Origin: Clostridia bacterium
Lineage (GTDB): Bacteria > Bacillota > Clostridia > UMGS1840
Length of the DNA: 64,000 bases
Assembly (NCBI GenBank): GCA_045631485.1
Contig: JAZQUU010000034.1
Location: 25,457-89,456 of the forward strand
Direction of reading: 5' to 3'
Part shown: positions 1-12,100 of the stretch, in pieces
How the letters are laid out: the number at the start of each line of letters is the position of its first letter
Numbering within the stretch: position 1 is the stretch's first letter
Made by a program: the position numbers and the translations under genes
Notes under the pieces: model-generated
What the model was told of the DNA's origin: nothing
Seen by the model: only the letters and a program-made list of their open reading frames with translations
Databases searched by the model: none

Positions 1-3000
1 AAGTTTGCAAATTCGCAGTTTTTAAATACTACGCTATCAGCATAGTTTAAGGTAACCTGTGCCGGGAACATATAGCTTCCGTACCAGATTTCGCCACCCA
101 CACGCATATCGTCTGCCTGATTGAATGCCACACCGTTGGTGGTTGCATCATCATAAGCACCGTAGCGGAAGGAGATACCGTCAAACTCGATGTTGGTAAC
201 TTTGTTGGTTGCACTCACACCGGTAACAGTCATCAGACCATCGGTTACTGCACAATAGGTTTCTGCAGTGGTCATATCTTCGTTTGCGTAGGGATAGTAG
301 TACATCTTACGGGCATCTTTATCAAAGAAGAATTCACCGGGAGCATCCAGCAGGTCCATAGAGTTTTCCAAATAGAAGGAACCGGTGGGCTGAATGGTAG
401 AGGTGGTGGCATCATCATTTACGAAGATGTGATATCTGGGGAACGGAATGTAGATATACGCGTGTTCGTAACCGTAATAATCGCCGTAGGTGATTTTTTC
501 AACGGGGAAACGATGGTTTGCCCAGTTTTTCTGGAATACTACCTGCAATCTGGTATCATCGCCCAGAGTTCTGGGGAAGGTGGTATCCCATCTTTCGATA
601 TCTACCACAAAACCGTCTGCAACATGTACGTCATTCTGGGGATTTTCAGGTACAATAAGGTCTTTTCCGGTGTACCAAACGTCACTTCTTGCTAAAGTTG
701 CCTGGTAACCGTTTACATATAATGCTCTGGTTTCACGAGTGGTGGTAGAAGCTACCCAATAATTTTCGCCGGAAACTTTTTTCCATTTACCGGTTAAGGG
801 TTCCCCACCGGATAAAATAGGACGGTTATCGGGGTCCTCTGCTTTGATGATAACTTTGTAACCGTTCATACCGCCCATTGTCTGGTCGATTTCAATGGTC
901 ACATTACTGCGGTATACACCGGGAGCCACATGCACCACGATATCGCCGGTCATGGAAGCATTGTAGGATTTTACTTTGTTTAATGCCTGAGCAACACTTG
1001 CTAAGGGAGTTTCGGGAGTTAAACCGTCATTGGAAGATTTCCCGTTGGTTGCCACATACAGATTCATATACACGCCGGTGGAAGAATAGGGTTTTGCTTC
1101 TGCGATATCGGAGAATACCATCACTTTTACCTGGCTCTGTGCGGTTAAGCCGCTTAAAGTGCAGGTAACGGTGGTGGAGGTGGTTTTTAAGGTGTTTAAG
1201 TTGCCCACCATTTTGCTGCCCTGATATTCTGCCACAACAACGGTGGAGTTTGCGGGCATATCGGCGGTGTTGATAATCATTCTTGCGGTGCCTGTGGGTA
1301 ATTTGCTCACAGGAACATTGGAAGCATTATACAATTTCACCGTGGGACTGCTTGCTTCGGAAGCAATTACGGAATTGTATGCAGAAAGCATATCATCCAA
1401 AGAATCAAAGTTCTTTCCAACCATGGGCCAGAAGGACATTTCGGGATAGAAGATACCGGAAGTGTCACTTGCCACATCAATTCCGATTAAGGAACCGTGT
1501 TCGGATAAGATATTGTATGCTTCCATAGAGGTGGTAGCATCTTTGAATCCGTAAAGCAGGTGATAGGTTCTGCTGCTGGTGTTTTCCAGACGGAAATCGT
1601 CAAAGTAGAACACATCGCAGAAATAGGTGAAGCTGATGGTATGAGTACCCGCTTCTAAATTCAGAGAATAAATTTTTTCGCTCTGAATGGGATATGCTTC
1701 ATCCTTATGCAGGTTAAAATGCATGGTTTCGTAGGAGAGATAGGTTCCGTCAACGGTGATGTCAACAGAAACATCTTTCCAAGCGGCACCTCTTAGGTAC
1801 AGGTTATATACCCCGGTATCGGGAACGGTAACGGTGTAGGTAGAGGTGGATTCGTTGGCAGCGCTGATCACAGCTGCACCGTCATAAGTGGTTTTGGAAA
1901 CACCGCTTGCAGAGGTATAGCTTTCTGCTTCGGTGGTAATCATATACTCAGAATCGGTAATATTCGGAGTAGGAGTGGGAGTAGGAGTGGGTTTTGCAGT
2001 GGGAACGGGAGTTGCGGTGGGAGCAGTGGTGGGAGCAACAGTAGGTTCGGGAGTTGCCACCGGAAGATCTGCCACCTTCTTCACAAACTGCATATAGTCA
2101 GTGGAATCGTATCCTGCTTTGTCCAAACGACCAAAGTCGGTTTCAGAAAGCATAACGGAATAGGTTCCGATATTTTCAATTTTAATGGTATTAGCACCTT
2201 CCACAAAGTACAAGGGCTGGTCCTGATACATGGGACCGTTGGTCCAACCGGTCTGAGTCAGATAATAATCTGCATAATAGTCGCCGCTGGTCACACGAAT
2301 GGTGGTGTTGCCGCCAATCGCTTTTACCAAAAGCTGCATACCATACACGCCGGTATAGGGAGCGTTGAAGGTGTAGGTTGCATATTCTCCGTTTACCATG
2401 GTGAAATCAGCACCGCTTAAATGGGTTTCATCCATGTGCACATCTCCGGTGATTGCATCCATGCCGAAGCCACCGATGTAACCGTTGAAAGCAGGTTCTG
2501 CTTTTACGTTACCAATCCATTTGGTAATTGCTTCGGGAATGGGAGTAGGAGTGGGTGCCGGAGTGGGAGTGGGAGTCGGTTCGGGAGCGCCGGTTACTTT
2601 TACAAAGGGCAGAAAATCTAAAGATTTTTCTGCGCTGGTAGCGTCCAGACGACCGAAGTCGATAGAAGAAACAGTTGCATTGTTGCTACCGTTTAATGCT
2701 AATTTAAAGGTGTTTTTCCCTGCTTTGAAGTACATGGGCTGGTCCTGTTTGCAACCGGAGCTCCAACTTGTAGCAGTCACGTTGTAGGTTGCTTCGTAAC
2801 CATCCTCGGTGGTAACATACCAGTTTACAGGAGTACCACTGAACCAGTCGGTACGAATCTGCATTGCATACACACCGGTATAAGGCATATCAACAGTGAT
2901 ATAAGCCCAGTCCCCTGCAATCATGGTGAATGCACCGTTTGCAGCAAAGGGAGCACCGGAGGATGCCTGATAGTCCACACCTGCAACAGCATCAGCACCG

Positions 3001-3758
3001 TTGCGGAAGGAAGCTTTGATATCTTCCACAGTGGAGGTGTAGCCATTTTTATAAGCATCACTCAAATCACTATACGCACCGGGCCAGGTTAAAGGAGCTT
3101 CGGTGGGTTCCGGAGTGGGAGAAGGAATGGGAGTGGGAGTGGGAAGCTGCACGGGAGAATCCACGCTTTTTACTAAGGGTAAAAAGTCTAAGGATTTTTC
3201 TGCACCCTGTGCATCCAAACGCCCCATATCTAAAGCATTGATGATTGCATTGTTGTTCCCCATCAATTCGATTTTAATGATGTTTTTACCTTCTTTTAAG
3301 TAGATAGGCTGGTCCTGTAAACAACCGGAGCTCCAGCTGGGGGAGGTCAGATTGAACTGTGCCAGGTAATCTTCGTCGGTGGTAACGTGAACGGTGGTAG
3401 TGCCGTCGCCGCCAATCCATGCTGTGGACATCTGCAACGCATACACACCGGTGTAGGGAGCGGTAATTTCATAGTAACCCCAGTCACCCACTACCATGGT
3501 GAAGGAACCGTCTGCCCCAAAGGGAGCACCGGAGGATGCCTGATAGTCAACCCCGGCAACCGATTCGGTACCGTTAGATTTTGTGAAAGTGGTTAAACCG
3601 TAGTACTCACCCACATAGCCGTTTCTGTAGGAAGCGTCTAATGAGCTGAACTTACCGGTCCAGGTGGGGGTTGCCGCAGAAGCGGGCACTACCATTACGC
3701 TTGCCAGCATAGAAATCAACAAGCAGAATGATAATAATTTTTTCAATGCAATTTTCAA
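1..3758 (-). CDS. Secreted CBM-array / right-handed beta-helix protein, paralogue of 3837..8714 (C-terminus runs off the window start)
   Basis: Absent from the ORF track because it has no stop codon inside the window. Hand translation from TTG 3758 (GGAGGA 7 nt upstream) gives the signal peptide (M)KIALKKLLSFCLLISMLASVMVVPASA. Three tandem ~170-aa modules follow (AGVDYQASSGAPF...PYTGVYA(L/M)Q...QDQP(I/M)Y(L/F)K..GKN...SLDFLP(L/F)VK), each followed by a Pro/Thr linker. Then comes YVATNGKSSNDGLTPETPLASV...[27 protein letters not shown] and [29 protein letters not shown]. The frame stays open to base 3 (...VFKNCEFAN), colinear with [10 protein letters not shown] of the neighbouring paralogue. 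Confidence 0.85.
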   Translation of the reverse strand, partial: MKIALKKLLSFCLLISMLASVMVVPASAATPTWTGKFSSLDASYRNGYVGEYYGLTTFTKSNGTESVAGVDYQASSGAPFGADGSFTMVVGDWGYYEITAPYTGVYALQMSTAWIGGDGTTTVHVTTDEDYLAQFNLTSPSWSSGCLQDQPIYLKEGKNIIKIELMGNNNAIINALDMGRLDAQGAEKSLDFLPLVKSVDSPVQLPTPTPIPSPTPEPTEAPLTWPGAYSDLSDAYKNGYTSTVEDIKASFRNGADAVAGVDYQASSGAPFAANGAFTMIAGDWAYITVDMPYTGVYAMQIRTDWFSGTPVNWYVTTEDGYEATYNVTATSWSSGCKQDQPMYFKAGKNTFKLALNGSNNATVSSIDFGRLDATSAEKSLDFLPFVKVTGAPEPTPTPTPAPTPTPIPEAITKWIGNVKAEPAFNGYIGGFGMDAITGDVHMDETHLSGADFTMVNGEYATYTFNAPYTGVYGMQLLVKAIGGNTTIRVTSGDYYADYYLTQTGWTNGPMYQDQPLYFVEGANTIKIENIGTYSVMLSETDFGRLDKAGYDSTDYMQFVKKVADLPVATPEPTVAPTTAPTATPVPTAKPTPTPTPTPNITDSEYMITTEAESYTSASGVSKTTYDGAAVISAANESTSTYTVTVPDTGVYNLYLRGAAWKDVSVDITVDGTYLSYETMHFNLHKDEAYPIQSEKIYSLNLEAGTHTISFTYFCDVFYFDDFRLENTSSRTYHLLYGFKDATTSMEAYNILSEHGSLIGIDVASDTSGIFYPEMSFWPMVGKNFDSLDDMLSAYNSVIASEASSPTVKLYNASNVPVSKLPTGTARMIINTADMPANSTVVVAEYQGSKMVGNLNTLKTTSTTVTCTLSGLTAQSQVKVMVFSDIAEAKPYSSTGVYMNLYVATNGKSSNDGLTPETPLASVAQALNKVKSYNASMTGDIVVHVAPGVYRSNVTIEIDQTMGGMNGYKVIIKAEDPDNRPILSGGEPLTGKWKKVSGENYWVASTTTRETRALYVNGYQATLARSDVWYTGKDLIVPENPQNDVHVADGFVVDIERWDTTFPRTLGDDTRLQVVFQKNWANHRFPVEKITYGDYYGYEHAYIYIPFPRYHIFVNDDATTSTIQPTGSFYLENSMDLLDAPGEFFFDKDARKMYYYPYANEDMTTAETYCAVTDGLMTVTGVSATNKVTNIEFDGISFRYGAYDDATTNGVAFNQADDMRVGGEIWYGSYMFPAQVTLNYADSVVFKNCEFAN

Positions 3759-3836
3759 AGGAAAATCCTCCTTCAAACGATAAACGTTTGTGTTTTAGTA
3801 TCGGACAAAGATTAGCAGGTCCGACCGGATTTTGTC

Positions 3837-6800
3837 TTAATCAATGATAGCATCATCGGGAATGTGGAACATGGGAATTGTGCGCCAAGCAGGATAGTAA
3901 TCAACTTGTGCGGCACGGTCCTTATCTTCCACACCGGCTTCTGCCATAATTCTTAATGCTGTGGTTTTCCAAGATGTCTGATTGATGTAGTTGGTACCAT
4001 AGCTCACACCGGAAGTATCCATGGGGAAGGTGGCAAATCTTCTCGGGTCACCACCATCGGTGTGGTTATAAGCTGCATAGTTGTCATTTAAATTTACATA
4101 TTTTCTTGCAAAGAGCCAGAAGTCACCGGAATTGTTTGCTTTTTGTACCACGTTATCAGTCATTGCGATGTAACCGGTACCTTCGTCAAAGTAAACACCG
4201 CCGCGACGGTAGTTACCCGGGTCAATTAGGTAGTTATCATTTAAATGCATATTTTTCTGGTCGCCTAAGGTGTAAATCTGAGCACCGTCATCCAACACCT
4301 GGCAAACCTCTTCAATTTTATTGTAGGAAACAATGTGATTACCGGTGTCGCCGGGTTCGTAGTATCCCCAACCCCAACCGATACAGATGCCGCTGTAAGG
4401 TAGGTATTTGATGTCATTATGATGCACATTTACGGAATCCACATAATATGCTGCAACTGCAGGCAGATTCATAAATTCCTGTGCAATTCGGCGGAACACG
4501 TTGTTGCCGATTTCAATGTTCTTACAACGGCCGCCACCGGAGTAGTTACTGTTGTGAGTGAAATTGGAAACGGAAACGCCGCCGCCGGAAATATCGTGGA
4601 AATCGCAGTTTACCACTTTGGAATTGGTAACACCTTCTGTAAGATACATTGCAGAGGAGCCTAAGTTTGCAAATTCGCAACCGTCAAACACAACGGAATC
4701 TGCAAAGGCTACCTGAATCTGAGAATGCATCAAATGCTGAGAATAACCGGTTGCGGTACCGCGGCGAAGTTCATCTGTCTGGTTAAATGCTGCACCGTAG
4801 GTGGTGGCATCATCCCAGGCACCGTGTTTAAAGGAAATGTTTTTAAATTCCACATTTTCCACACGGTTTGTGGAAGAAGATCCCTGAACGGTCAATAAAC
4901 CGTCGGTTACTGCACAATAGGTTTCTGCAGTGGTCATATCCTCATTGGCATAAGGATAATAATACATTTTGCGGTTGGCTTTGTCAAAATAGAACTCGCC
5001 GGGCTCATCTAAAAGCGCCATAGCGTTTTCTAAGTAGAAGTCTCTGCCTTCCAAAGGTTGCACTGTGGAGGTGTGACCGCTTAACAACAAGGCATTGTAA
5101 TACGGATAGGTTGCATTGATGTAGGCATAGCTGGAATCGTAAGTCACGCTGTCAATGGGGAATCGCTGATTTGCCCAGGCTAAGTTGTAAACCATCTGCA
5201 ATCTGGTTTCCCCTGCCAGATCTTTGGGAAAATTAGGATAACTGGAAAGACTTACTTTTAGCCCGTCGGCAACATGGTATTCATTTTTCGGACTGGTGGG
5301 GGTGATGTATTCCCCATCGTAAACATTACTGCTTCTTGCCAGCACCGCCTGATAACCGTTCACATACAGGGCTCTGGTTTCACGGGTGGTGGTGGTTGCT
5401 ACCCAGTAATTCTTGCCGGAAACCCTGGACCATTTTCCGGTTAAGGGTTCCCCACCGGAAAGAATGGGTCTGTTATCCGGATCATCTCCCTGAATGATCA
5501 CCTTGTAACCATTCTGACCGCCCATAGTGGGTTCGATGTTGATGGTTACATTGCTGCGGTACACACCGGGTGCCACGTGAATGATAATATCCCCGGTCAT
5601 AGCGGAGTTTACGGATTTCACTTTGGTTAAGGCTTGTGCCACAGTTGCCAAAGGTGCATCGGGAGAGGTTCCTGCATTGGAGGAGCTGCCGCCGGGTGCC
5701 ACATAGAAATCCATATAAGTGCCGGAGGAGGTATAAGGAGTGATATCCTCCATATCGGTTAAGGCTAAAATTTTCAAAGTGCTTCCTGCTTGCACATCAG
5801 TTAAACTGAAGGAAACAGAAGAAGAATTGCTTTTTGCCGTCTGAGGCAGTTTTGCTAACTTGTTGCCGTCATAGATGGCACAAACTAAAGTGGTGTTGGT
5901 GGGAATATCTGCACAATCCACAGTAACGGTGGATTTGCCTGCGGGCAAGTCTGCCACCGACACGTTGGAAGCGTTTCTCACCTTTACGGTGGGATTTTCC
6001 AGTTCTTCGGCAAGCACTTCTTCATAGAGTGCCTTTAATTCTGCCGGAGTGGAATAATCTTTTCCAACCATTTTCCAGAATGCCATTTCGGGACAAGCTA
6101 AATCAGCAGTGTCGGCTGCCACATCCACATAGATGTAGTCCCCTGCGGAACGCAGTGCTTCATACATTCCCTGGGAGGTGGAAATATCTTTGATTCCGTA
6201 AAGAATCTGATATTCTTTGGAGTAGGTATCTTCTAAAGTGAAGGAATCAAAATAGTAGGTATCACAGTAGAAGGTGAATCCAATGGTATGTGTTCCTTTG
6301 GATAAGGGGAAGGTTGCCACACATTCTTCGTTGTAGGAGAAGGTGGAGTTTCTGTCACTCTGGAAATGAGCGGTTTCGTAGTAATATACGGTTCCGTCCA
6401 AAGCGATGTCAAAGGAAACATCCTTCCAGGCAGCGCCCTTCATATATAAGTTATAGATGGTGTCCTCTTCCACGGTTACTGAATAAGTAACACTGGATTC
6501 GGAAGTTGCGGTTGCCACAGAAGCACCGTTGTAGGTGGTTTTGGACAAGCTTCCGGATTTATAATTTTCTCCCTCATACACCGTTCTCATCGCTCTGTCG
6601 GAAACATCGGGGTTTACCGGATTGGGAGTCGCAGTGGGAGCCACGGTGGGAATGGGTGTATTGGTGGGAGCAGGAGTTGCGGTGGGGGTTGCAGTAGGAG
6701 TCGGCGTTTCGGTGGGAACAGGAGTTGCGGTGGGTTCGTCATCTTCACTTAACACTTTTAAATTCTGCAGATTAATCTGAGAACCCCATGTTTCGTGGTT

Positions 6801-8714
6801 TTTAATCCCATCGGAACCATCTGTCATAGACATTCTTAAGCCGTAAACAGCCGCAGTATTGGAACCGGTGTTCTTCACGGTTACAATGTTGGTGCCTTCT
6901 CTTAAGAACAGAAATTCCATATCCTGCTGTGCGGAATCTGCCCAACAGGTTGTCTGCCAGCTGTTACTTAAGGATTTATTCAATTCGGCATAAAAGCCGG
7001 TATCGGAAGACAATCGGAAGGTGTGAACCTTGTTATCGCAAACATTTAAGTAGGGATAAACAATCCCTGCCCCGTTTTTGGAAACTTCCGCCTGCAAGGT
7101 AACACTTGCACCTGGAGCTAATTCCACATACTGACCTGCAGTATCGGTTTTTGTACTGTAAGAACCGGAACCGCCAATCACATAGCTGTGAATACCGGTT
7201 GCGGTGCGTTCCCCAAAATAGGTATGCTCGGTAGCATAAGGAATGAAGGAAGTCTGCACATTGGAGAGCTTACTCATTCCGTTATTGCTCAACTTGTTGA
7301 TGGTGGGGGTGATATTGGTTTTACTTACGGAAAGTTTATTTTCCCCTTTGATCAGATAAATCACCTTGCCGTTTAAGAAACTGGTAGTCGCGGTAGAGCC
7401 GGTTTCGGCAGTGGTGGTCAAGGTGTTGGTAGTGCTGATGGAATATACCCCTGCATAAGGAGCATCATAGATATACACGCCCGCCGGTGTTGCTGTGGGA
7501 GCCGGTGTAGCGGTAGGTTTCACCGTCGGTGTAGGTGTTGCAGTAGGCTTCACCGTAGGAGTAGGGGTAGGAGTAGGAGTAGGAGTTGCGGTTGGTTTTA
7601 CTGTGGGAGTGGGTGTGGGCTTCACAGTAGGAGTGGGAGTGTTTGCAGGTGCCTTGGTGGGAGTGGGTGTGGGGCAGAATGTGGGAGTTGCGCCTTCTGC
7701 CGGCATATCGGAAACTTTTCTTACCAGAGGCAGAAAATCCAAAGAATCATAACCGGTGGCATCCAAACGGCCAAAATCGTAATCGGTCACCGTGAAGGTG
7801 GTATCACCCACATTGGAGATGACAATGGTGTTTACGCCTTTTTTAAAGTACATAGGCTGATCCTGCAAGTTATCGGGAATATTGGACCAACCTGTATATT
7901 CCATAAAGAATTCTGCGTAATAGTCACCGGACACTGCACGGATAACGCCGGTTCCATCTGATAACTCGGAAAGAAACAACTGCATTGCATACACGCCGGT
8001 ATAGGGAGCGTTAAAGGTGTAGGTGCCGTAATCGCCGGGTTCCATCGTAAAGGAACCGCTACTGATGTTGATAGCACTTCCGGAATAATCTCCGCTAAAG
8101 TCGGTGGCGGTGAAAGCTCCTATGTAGCCATTAAAGCCGGCTTCCCAGTCTGCTTTTCCCCACCAGGTGATGGTTTCTTCTTCCACATAGTCGGATTCTG
8201 AGCCGCTACCAACGGAAGAAGACAAAATCAGTTCACGGTAGTTAAAATAATTACCGTTATTTTTTATGATAATTTCGTTCACGCCTTGATTTAAGGGGAA
8301 GGAAACCAAATTTTCCAAATCAGTAAAATTCAAGGTGCCGGAAGTGGAAGGCAAGGTCACACTATACGCTTTGCCGTTCACCGTCACGGTGATGGAAGTT
8401 CTGGAGGAGGTTGCCGCATCTAAGGTTAAAGAATAGGTGCCTGCGTTTTCCACATTTACGCGGTAGGTCAGCCATTCGGAATTGAGCATTTCCACAAAGG
8501 TGCCGTAGTTTCCGCTGTAAACCTCCACGGGGTAGTATTTTTTTAAGTACCAGGTCTGGTCGAAGCCGTTGGGAGAGGTGTCACCATACTCCCCTTTGGT
8601 CAAACTGAAGTCGGTTGCTAAGATATGAATTTCGGTATAGGCGAACGCTGTGAGTGATGCAAGCATACTACATAGCATTGCAATTACAAGAATTGCAGAC
8701 AATAATTTTTTCAT
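3837..8714 (-). CDS. Secreted 1625-aa multi-module protein: signal peptide, several CBM-like beta-sandwich modules separated by two long Pro/Thr linkers, C-terminal right-handed parallel beta-helix (glycanase/lyase-like) module
   Basis: ORF track. The N-terminus [25 protein letters not shown] is a signal peptide. CBM6/35-style signatures are present ([20 protein letters not shown]..; [22 protein letters not shown]). PT linkers sit at about aa 340-405 and 660-690. The beta-helix N-cap is [53 protein letters not shown], followed by the motifs [23 protein letters not shown] and DGAQIYTLG. Confidence 0.85.
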   Translation of the reverse strand: MKKLLSAILVIAMLCSMLASLTAFAYTEIHILATDFSLTKGEYGDTSPNGFDQTWYLKKYYPVEVYSGNYGTFVEMLNSEWLTYRVNVENAGTYSLTLDAATSSRTSITVTVNGKAYSVTLPSTSGTLNFTDLENLVSFPLNQGVNEIIIKNNGNYFNYRELILSSSVGSGSESDYVEEETITWWGKADWEAGFNGYIGAFTATDFSGDYSGSAINISSGSFTMEPGDYGTYTFNAPYTGVYAMQLFLSELSDGTGVIRAVSGDYYAEFFMEYTGWSNIPDNLQDQPMYFKKGVNTIVISNVGDTTFTVTDYDFGRLDATGYDSLDFLPLVRKVSDMPAEGATPTFCPTPTPTKAPANTPTPTVKPTPTPTVKPTATPTPTPTPTPTVKPTATPTPTVKPTATPAPTATPAGVYIYDAPYAGVYSISTTNTLTTTAETGSTATTSFLNGKVIYLIKGENKLSVSKTNITPTINKLSNNGMSKLSNVQTSFIPYATEHTYFGERTATGIHSYVIGGSGSYSTKTDTAGQYVELAPGASVTLQAEVSKNGAGIVYPYLNVCDNKVHTFRLSSDTGFYAELNKSLSNSWQTTCWADSAQQDMEFLFLREGTNIVTVKNTGSNTAAVYGLRMSMTDGSDGIKNHETWGSQINLQNLKVLSEDDEPTATPVPTETPTPTATPTATPAPTNTPIPTVAPTATPNPVNPDVSDRAMRTVYEGENYKSGSLSKTTYNGASVATATSESSVTYSVTVEEDTIYNLYMKGAAWKDVSFDIALDGTVYYYETAHFQSDRNSTFSYNEECVATFPLSKGTHTIGFTFYCDTYYFDSFTLEDTYSKEYQILYGIKDISTSQGMYEALRSAGDYIYVDVAADTADLACPEMAFWKMVGKDYSTPAELKALYEEVLAEELENPTVKVRNASNVSVADLPAGKSTVTVDCADIPTNTTLVCAIYDGNKLAKLPQTAKSNSSSVSFSLTDVQAGSTLKILALTDMEDITPYTSSGTYMDFYVAPGGSSSNAGTSPDAPLATVAQALTKVKSVNSAMTGDIIIHVAPGVYRSNVTINIEPTMGGQNGYKVIIQGDDPDNRPILSGGEPLTGKWSRVSGKNYWVATTTTRETRALYVNGYQAVLARSSNVYDGEYITPTSPKNEYHVADGLKVSLSSYPNFPKDLAGETRLQMVYNLAWANQRFPIDSVTYDSSYAYINATYPYYNALLLSGHTSTVQPLEGRDFYLENAMALLDEPGEFYFDKANRKMYYYPYANEDMTTAETYCAVTDGLLTVQGSSSTNRVENVEFKNISFKHGAWDDATTYGAAFNQTDELRRGTATGYSQHLMHSQIQVAFADSVVFDGCEFANLGSSAMYLTEGVTNSKVVNCDFHDISGGGVSVSNFTHNSNYSGGGRCKNIEIGNNVFRRIAQEFMNLPAVAAYYVDSVNVHHNDIKYLPYSGICIGWGWGYYEPGDTGNHIVSYNKIEEVCQVLDDGAQIYTLGDQKNMHLNDNYLIDPGNYRRGGVYFDEGTGYIAMTDNVVQKANNSGDFWLFARKYVNLNDNYAAYNHTDGGDPRRFATFPMDTSGVSYGTNYINQTSWKTTALRIMAEAGVEDKDRAAQVDYYPAWRTIPMFHIPDDAIID

Positions 8715-9015
8715 AGTTTTTGCCCTTTCGATGATTTTTTGGATCGTTATAAATCATAGATGTCGCAATTCTACAGAGGAAACGTCCTCCAAAATTCTCA
8801 TCGGATTCAAAAAAATCGGGAGAATTTTTCCTCAATAGAGTTACCATACGGGGGATTTTTTGCTAAGGGTTAACATTCGGGTCGGCAGGAGCAAAGTACT
8901 CCTGCCGAGTCCCTCTTGTTTGTTCTTTTTGGTATTCGCGAAAAATCAAACTAGAATCCGAAAACCGAACCTTAATTCTTTTTTTCATCGGGCGAAGAAA
9001 ATCAAACTATATTTT

Positions 9016-9080
9016 GCAAACCGAACCCGACGGGGTCATCCGAAGGCGTACTTGCGTGTACGCCGAGCGATGAGGTTTGC
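9016..9080 (-). repeat. Copy 1 of a ~65-nt structured intergenic repeat (three-stem element), 25 nt downstream of the stop of 9106..12174
   Basis: The minus-strand reading is GCAAACC-UCAUC-GCUC-GGCGUAC-ACGCAA-GUACGCC-UUCG-GAUGA-CCCCGUCGGG-UUC-GGUUUGC. Related copies lie at 12427, 42939, 44468 and 44571. The ORF-track peptides here (..NRTRRGHPKAYLRVRRA..) are just translations of this repeat. Confidence 0.75.
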
Positions 9081-9105
9081 GGAATAGAGAAAGATTTTCA
9101 AGCCA

Positions 9106-12100
9106 TTAGAATACGGGTTTCAGTTCGCCGTCAGCACTCCAAACAAATACTTTAATAATATCGGTCTGATAGGGTTCGTAGCCTTCTAAGGTTACGTAAA
9201 CGGGCTGATAGGTGAAGGTCTGTTCTTCGTATTCTAAGTAGCCTTCAGCAGTCTGATATAATTTGGTGATGTTGCCTGCTTCGTCACCTTCGTATACTGC
9301 AACGTATACAGCGGTGCCGATTTCGTTCCAGTCACCAACCTGAACGGTGTAGGTTAAGCCCATACCGTCATCACTTGCTGCAACGGAAATCATATTTTTC
9401 GCAAAGTCGTAAGCGTCTAATACGTCCTGATAGGTTTCGTATGCGCCTGCTTCCAGCATTGCACAGTTCAACAGTGCTGCGTAGGAATATTCGGGATATA
9501 CGAAATCGGTATCCACATTTGCACCGATATCTGCTCTTAAAACATCGGAGTAATCATCTAAGATTGTTGCGATGTCAGAGGTGGTTACTGCGGTCTGCAT
9601 AGCTGCTAACAGTAAATCCTGACGGGTTAAAGTGGTGAACTCAAAACCGTGGATATGAGAGAGCATTTCGCTGGTAGAACCAACGTCTTTGTTTTCGGTG
9701 AAGGTGAAGGTCATGGTGTATTCACCTGCGGGGATGAAGATTTTATCTTCGGTTAAGGTAACGGTGTTATCCTGGTTCTGGTTACCGAAGTAGGGAGTCA
9801 GGCCATCAAAGATTACGATAGGTTCGTTTGCACCGTCATCTAAAGTAACGTTTACGGTGGGAGTCAACGGAACCGTACCTGCCATAACCAGACCATAGTA
9901 ATCATCTCTGGGGATGTTTACGGTGTAGGTTAAAACTTCGGTATCAACTACGGTGTTGTTGGTATTACCAACGTGGATACCGTAGTAACCGTTACGAACG
10001 GTGTATGCGGGGATATCCAGCGGATTTTCAGCAGCACCGTCAAAGTTATGTGCCTGAACGAATACTCTGGTAGGAGTATCGGTGGTATCTTCCACGTGAG
10101 TTAAGGTAATGGTGGGCAGGTATAAGAAGCCGGCACCGTCATTACGAACCCAAATGGAGTTAACGCCTTCTTTTAAGGTTAAGCAGCTATCACTGGAGAA
10201 ATTCTGATATACAGGATTTTCTGATGTGGAATTCTGAGAAGCGTTAATGGTTGCGATAGAATCTTCGGTTTCGAAAGATAACTGAACATCAGCATTGTAA
10301 ACAGCGGTGTTTACAGTAACCTGATAAGAACCTGCAGTTTTTGCAGTTACTTCAAATCTCTGCCATTCCCATTTCACTAATTCAGTACCGGAAACGGTGT
10401 TCAGAACGGGCAGGCCGTCTGCAGTGTGAACCATATTGTAGTCCACTCTGGGAGTATCTAAGATAGAATCGGTTGCGGGGTAAATTCTTAAGGGTTTGGT
10501 GGGTGCTAAGGTTACATCATCGATGGTGATGTCTTCCAATTCTGCGGGAGATAATGCTTTGAAGGTTACCTTCCACAGAATAAAGTGAGAATGGCTGGAA
10601 GTTACTAAAACTTCGTTTTCACCTGCATGTAAGAACATGTACTGAACATTGCCTTCAGCATCGGTGGTACGGGTCTGAGGAACGCCGGAAGCATCTTCAC
10701 CCCAGTCACCTGCGAAGCCGGTTGCAAAGGAAGCACGGTAGGTATCTTCCACGTCAACATAAATGTTGGGATAGGGTTCAGACATGGTACCGCCCACAAC
10801 AGTTTCCACTCTGTAGAAGCCGTCTTGTGCAACGGTTACGGTGTAACCTGCGGTGGAGCCGCCGCCAACAGTAGAAGCGTTGTAGGTTACATACTGAGAA
10901 ACGCTACCCTGAGTTTTGGTGGCATCTAACTCATTGTAACCGCCTAAAATAATGTCGGTATAGTTGGGGTTATAAGCAACTAAGCTGTCTAAGTCAAATT
11001 CCTGAGCTAAATTTTCTAAAGCTAAAACAGAAGCTTTGATTTCTAAGTTGTATAAGCAGCATCCGTTGGCGGGAGCAAATTTCACGGTGTTGTCACCTTC
11101 GTATAAGTAGATATACGCTTTGCCGCCCCAAACGCTGTCACTACCGAATGCCCAAGCAGTTAAGCTTAATTCCTGCTGATATTCATCGTTTACGATAACT
11201 TTTGCAGAAGTGGTAGTGTTGGTTTTTAACTGCACATAATACATACCTTCTTCTGCTACGTTAATGTTGAAGTTACCGGTGTAGCCTGCGGATACCCAAA
11301 CGGAGCCGTCAGCCTGAGCTGCAGCGCCGGTACCGTCATCGTTGTTTAACAGAGTTGCGGTTAAAGCAGCACCGCTTAAGTTTAAGGAATTAAAGGTGAT
11401 ATATTCGGGATAACCGCTTACATCGGGAGTTGCGGTCGGTTCGGGAGCTTCATACTGAGGAGCAAATCTGTCAGCATCGAAGCAAATGCCGGTGGAGTAA
11501 CCTGCGGTATCAGAAATTCTGAAATCGTTTACGGTAATCCAATGATCAGCAGTATTGATTGCTTTAACGGTCTGTTCACCTGCTCTTAAGTATACCCATT
11601 CCATATCGCCGTCGTCACCGTTTACACACCAACCCCACTGATAATGCTGGGTTACGCTGGACATACCGGTTTCATATTCGAATACGATTTTTGCATTGGT
11701 GGGAGAAGAAGAAAGCTGCACGTTAATGTAATACATACCGGATTCGGGAATGTTTACATTGTAGGTGTAGGTAGCACCGGGACCGATTTCTGCATCATAA
11801 TGATGCATGGTCTGAGTGGTTAAGAGGTTATCAAAACCATTGTGTGCCACTGTATCAAATTGGTCTAAGCCCTGGTTTTCAAGTTCGGTAAAGGTTAAGG
11901 TTGCAGGAGTGTCAACAGATAAGGTGTTGGCACCTTTTAATAAAAAGATGTTTCCTGCTTCACCTGCGGTCAATTCAGCATAATGACCGGTTTCATTTTG
12001 CAAAATAACATCCTGGTCGGAAACAACCTGGAAAACACCTGCATAAGGAGCTTCCACAGAAAGTTCGGATTCAATATAAACACCGGAATCCGCGGTGGTT

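Noticed and set aside
2421-3596. Plus-strand ORFs rich in Gly/Val/Ser. Examples are 2485..2787, 3103..3303 and 7495..7752, with peptides such as GVGVGAGVGVGVGSG.
   Set aside because: They are the antisense reading of the Pro/Thr linkers (CCN/ACN repeats) inside the long minus-strand genes. They have no RBS, and they fully overlap much longer, well-supported ORFs.
6600-7690. Short-period DNA repeats (ggagtaggagt / gtgggagt...) that could be mistaken for a CRISPR array or a tandem satellite.
   Set aside because: The periodicity is 6-12 nt with no unique spacers. The repeats are in frame within the 1625-aa ORF and encode PT-rich interdomain linkers. No cas genes are present.
8860-9087. ORFs translating the intergenic repeats. 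They are 8860..9087, 12229..12483, 43300..43506, 44394..44660 and 44456..44941, with peptides such as ..NRTRRGHPKAYLRVRRA.. and ..ERSAKLTERACRGRRPRRP...
   Set aside because: The similarity between copies is at the nucleotide and hairpin level and in either orientation. The reading frames are not conserved between copies, there are no RBSs, and the copies are interrupted by indels. I treat them as non-coding repeats.
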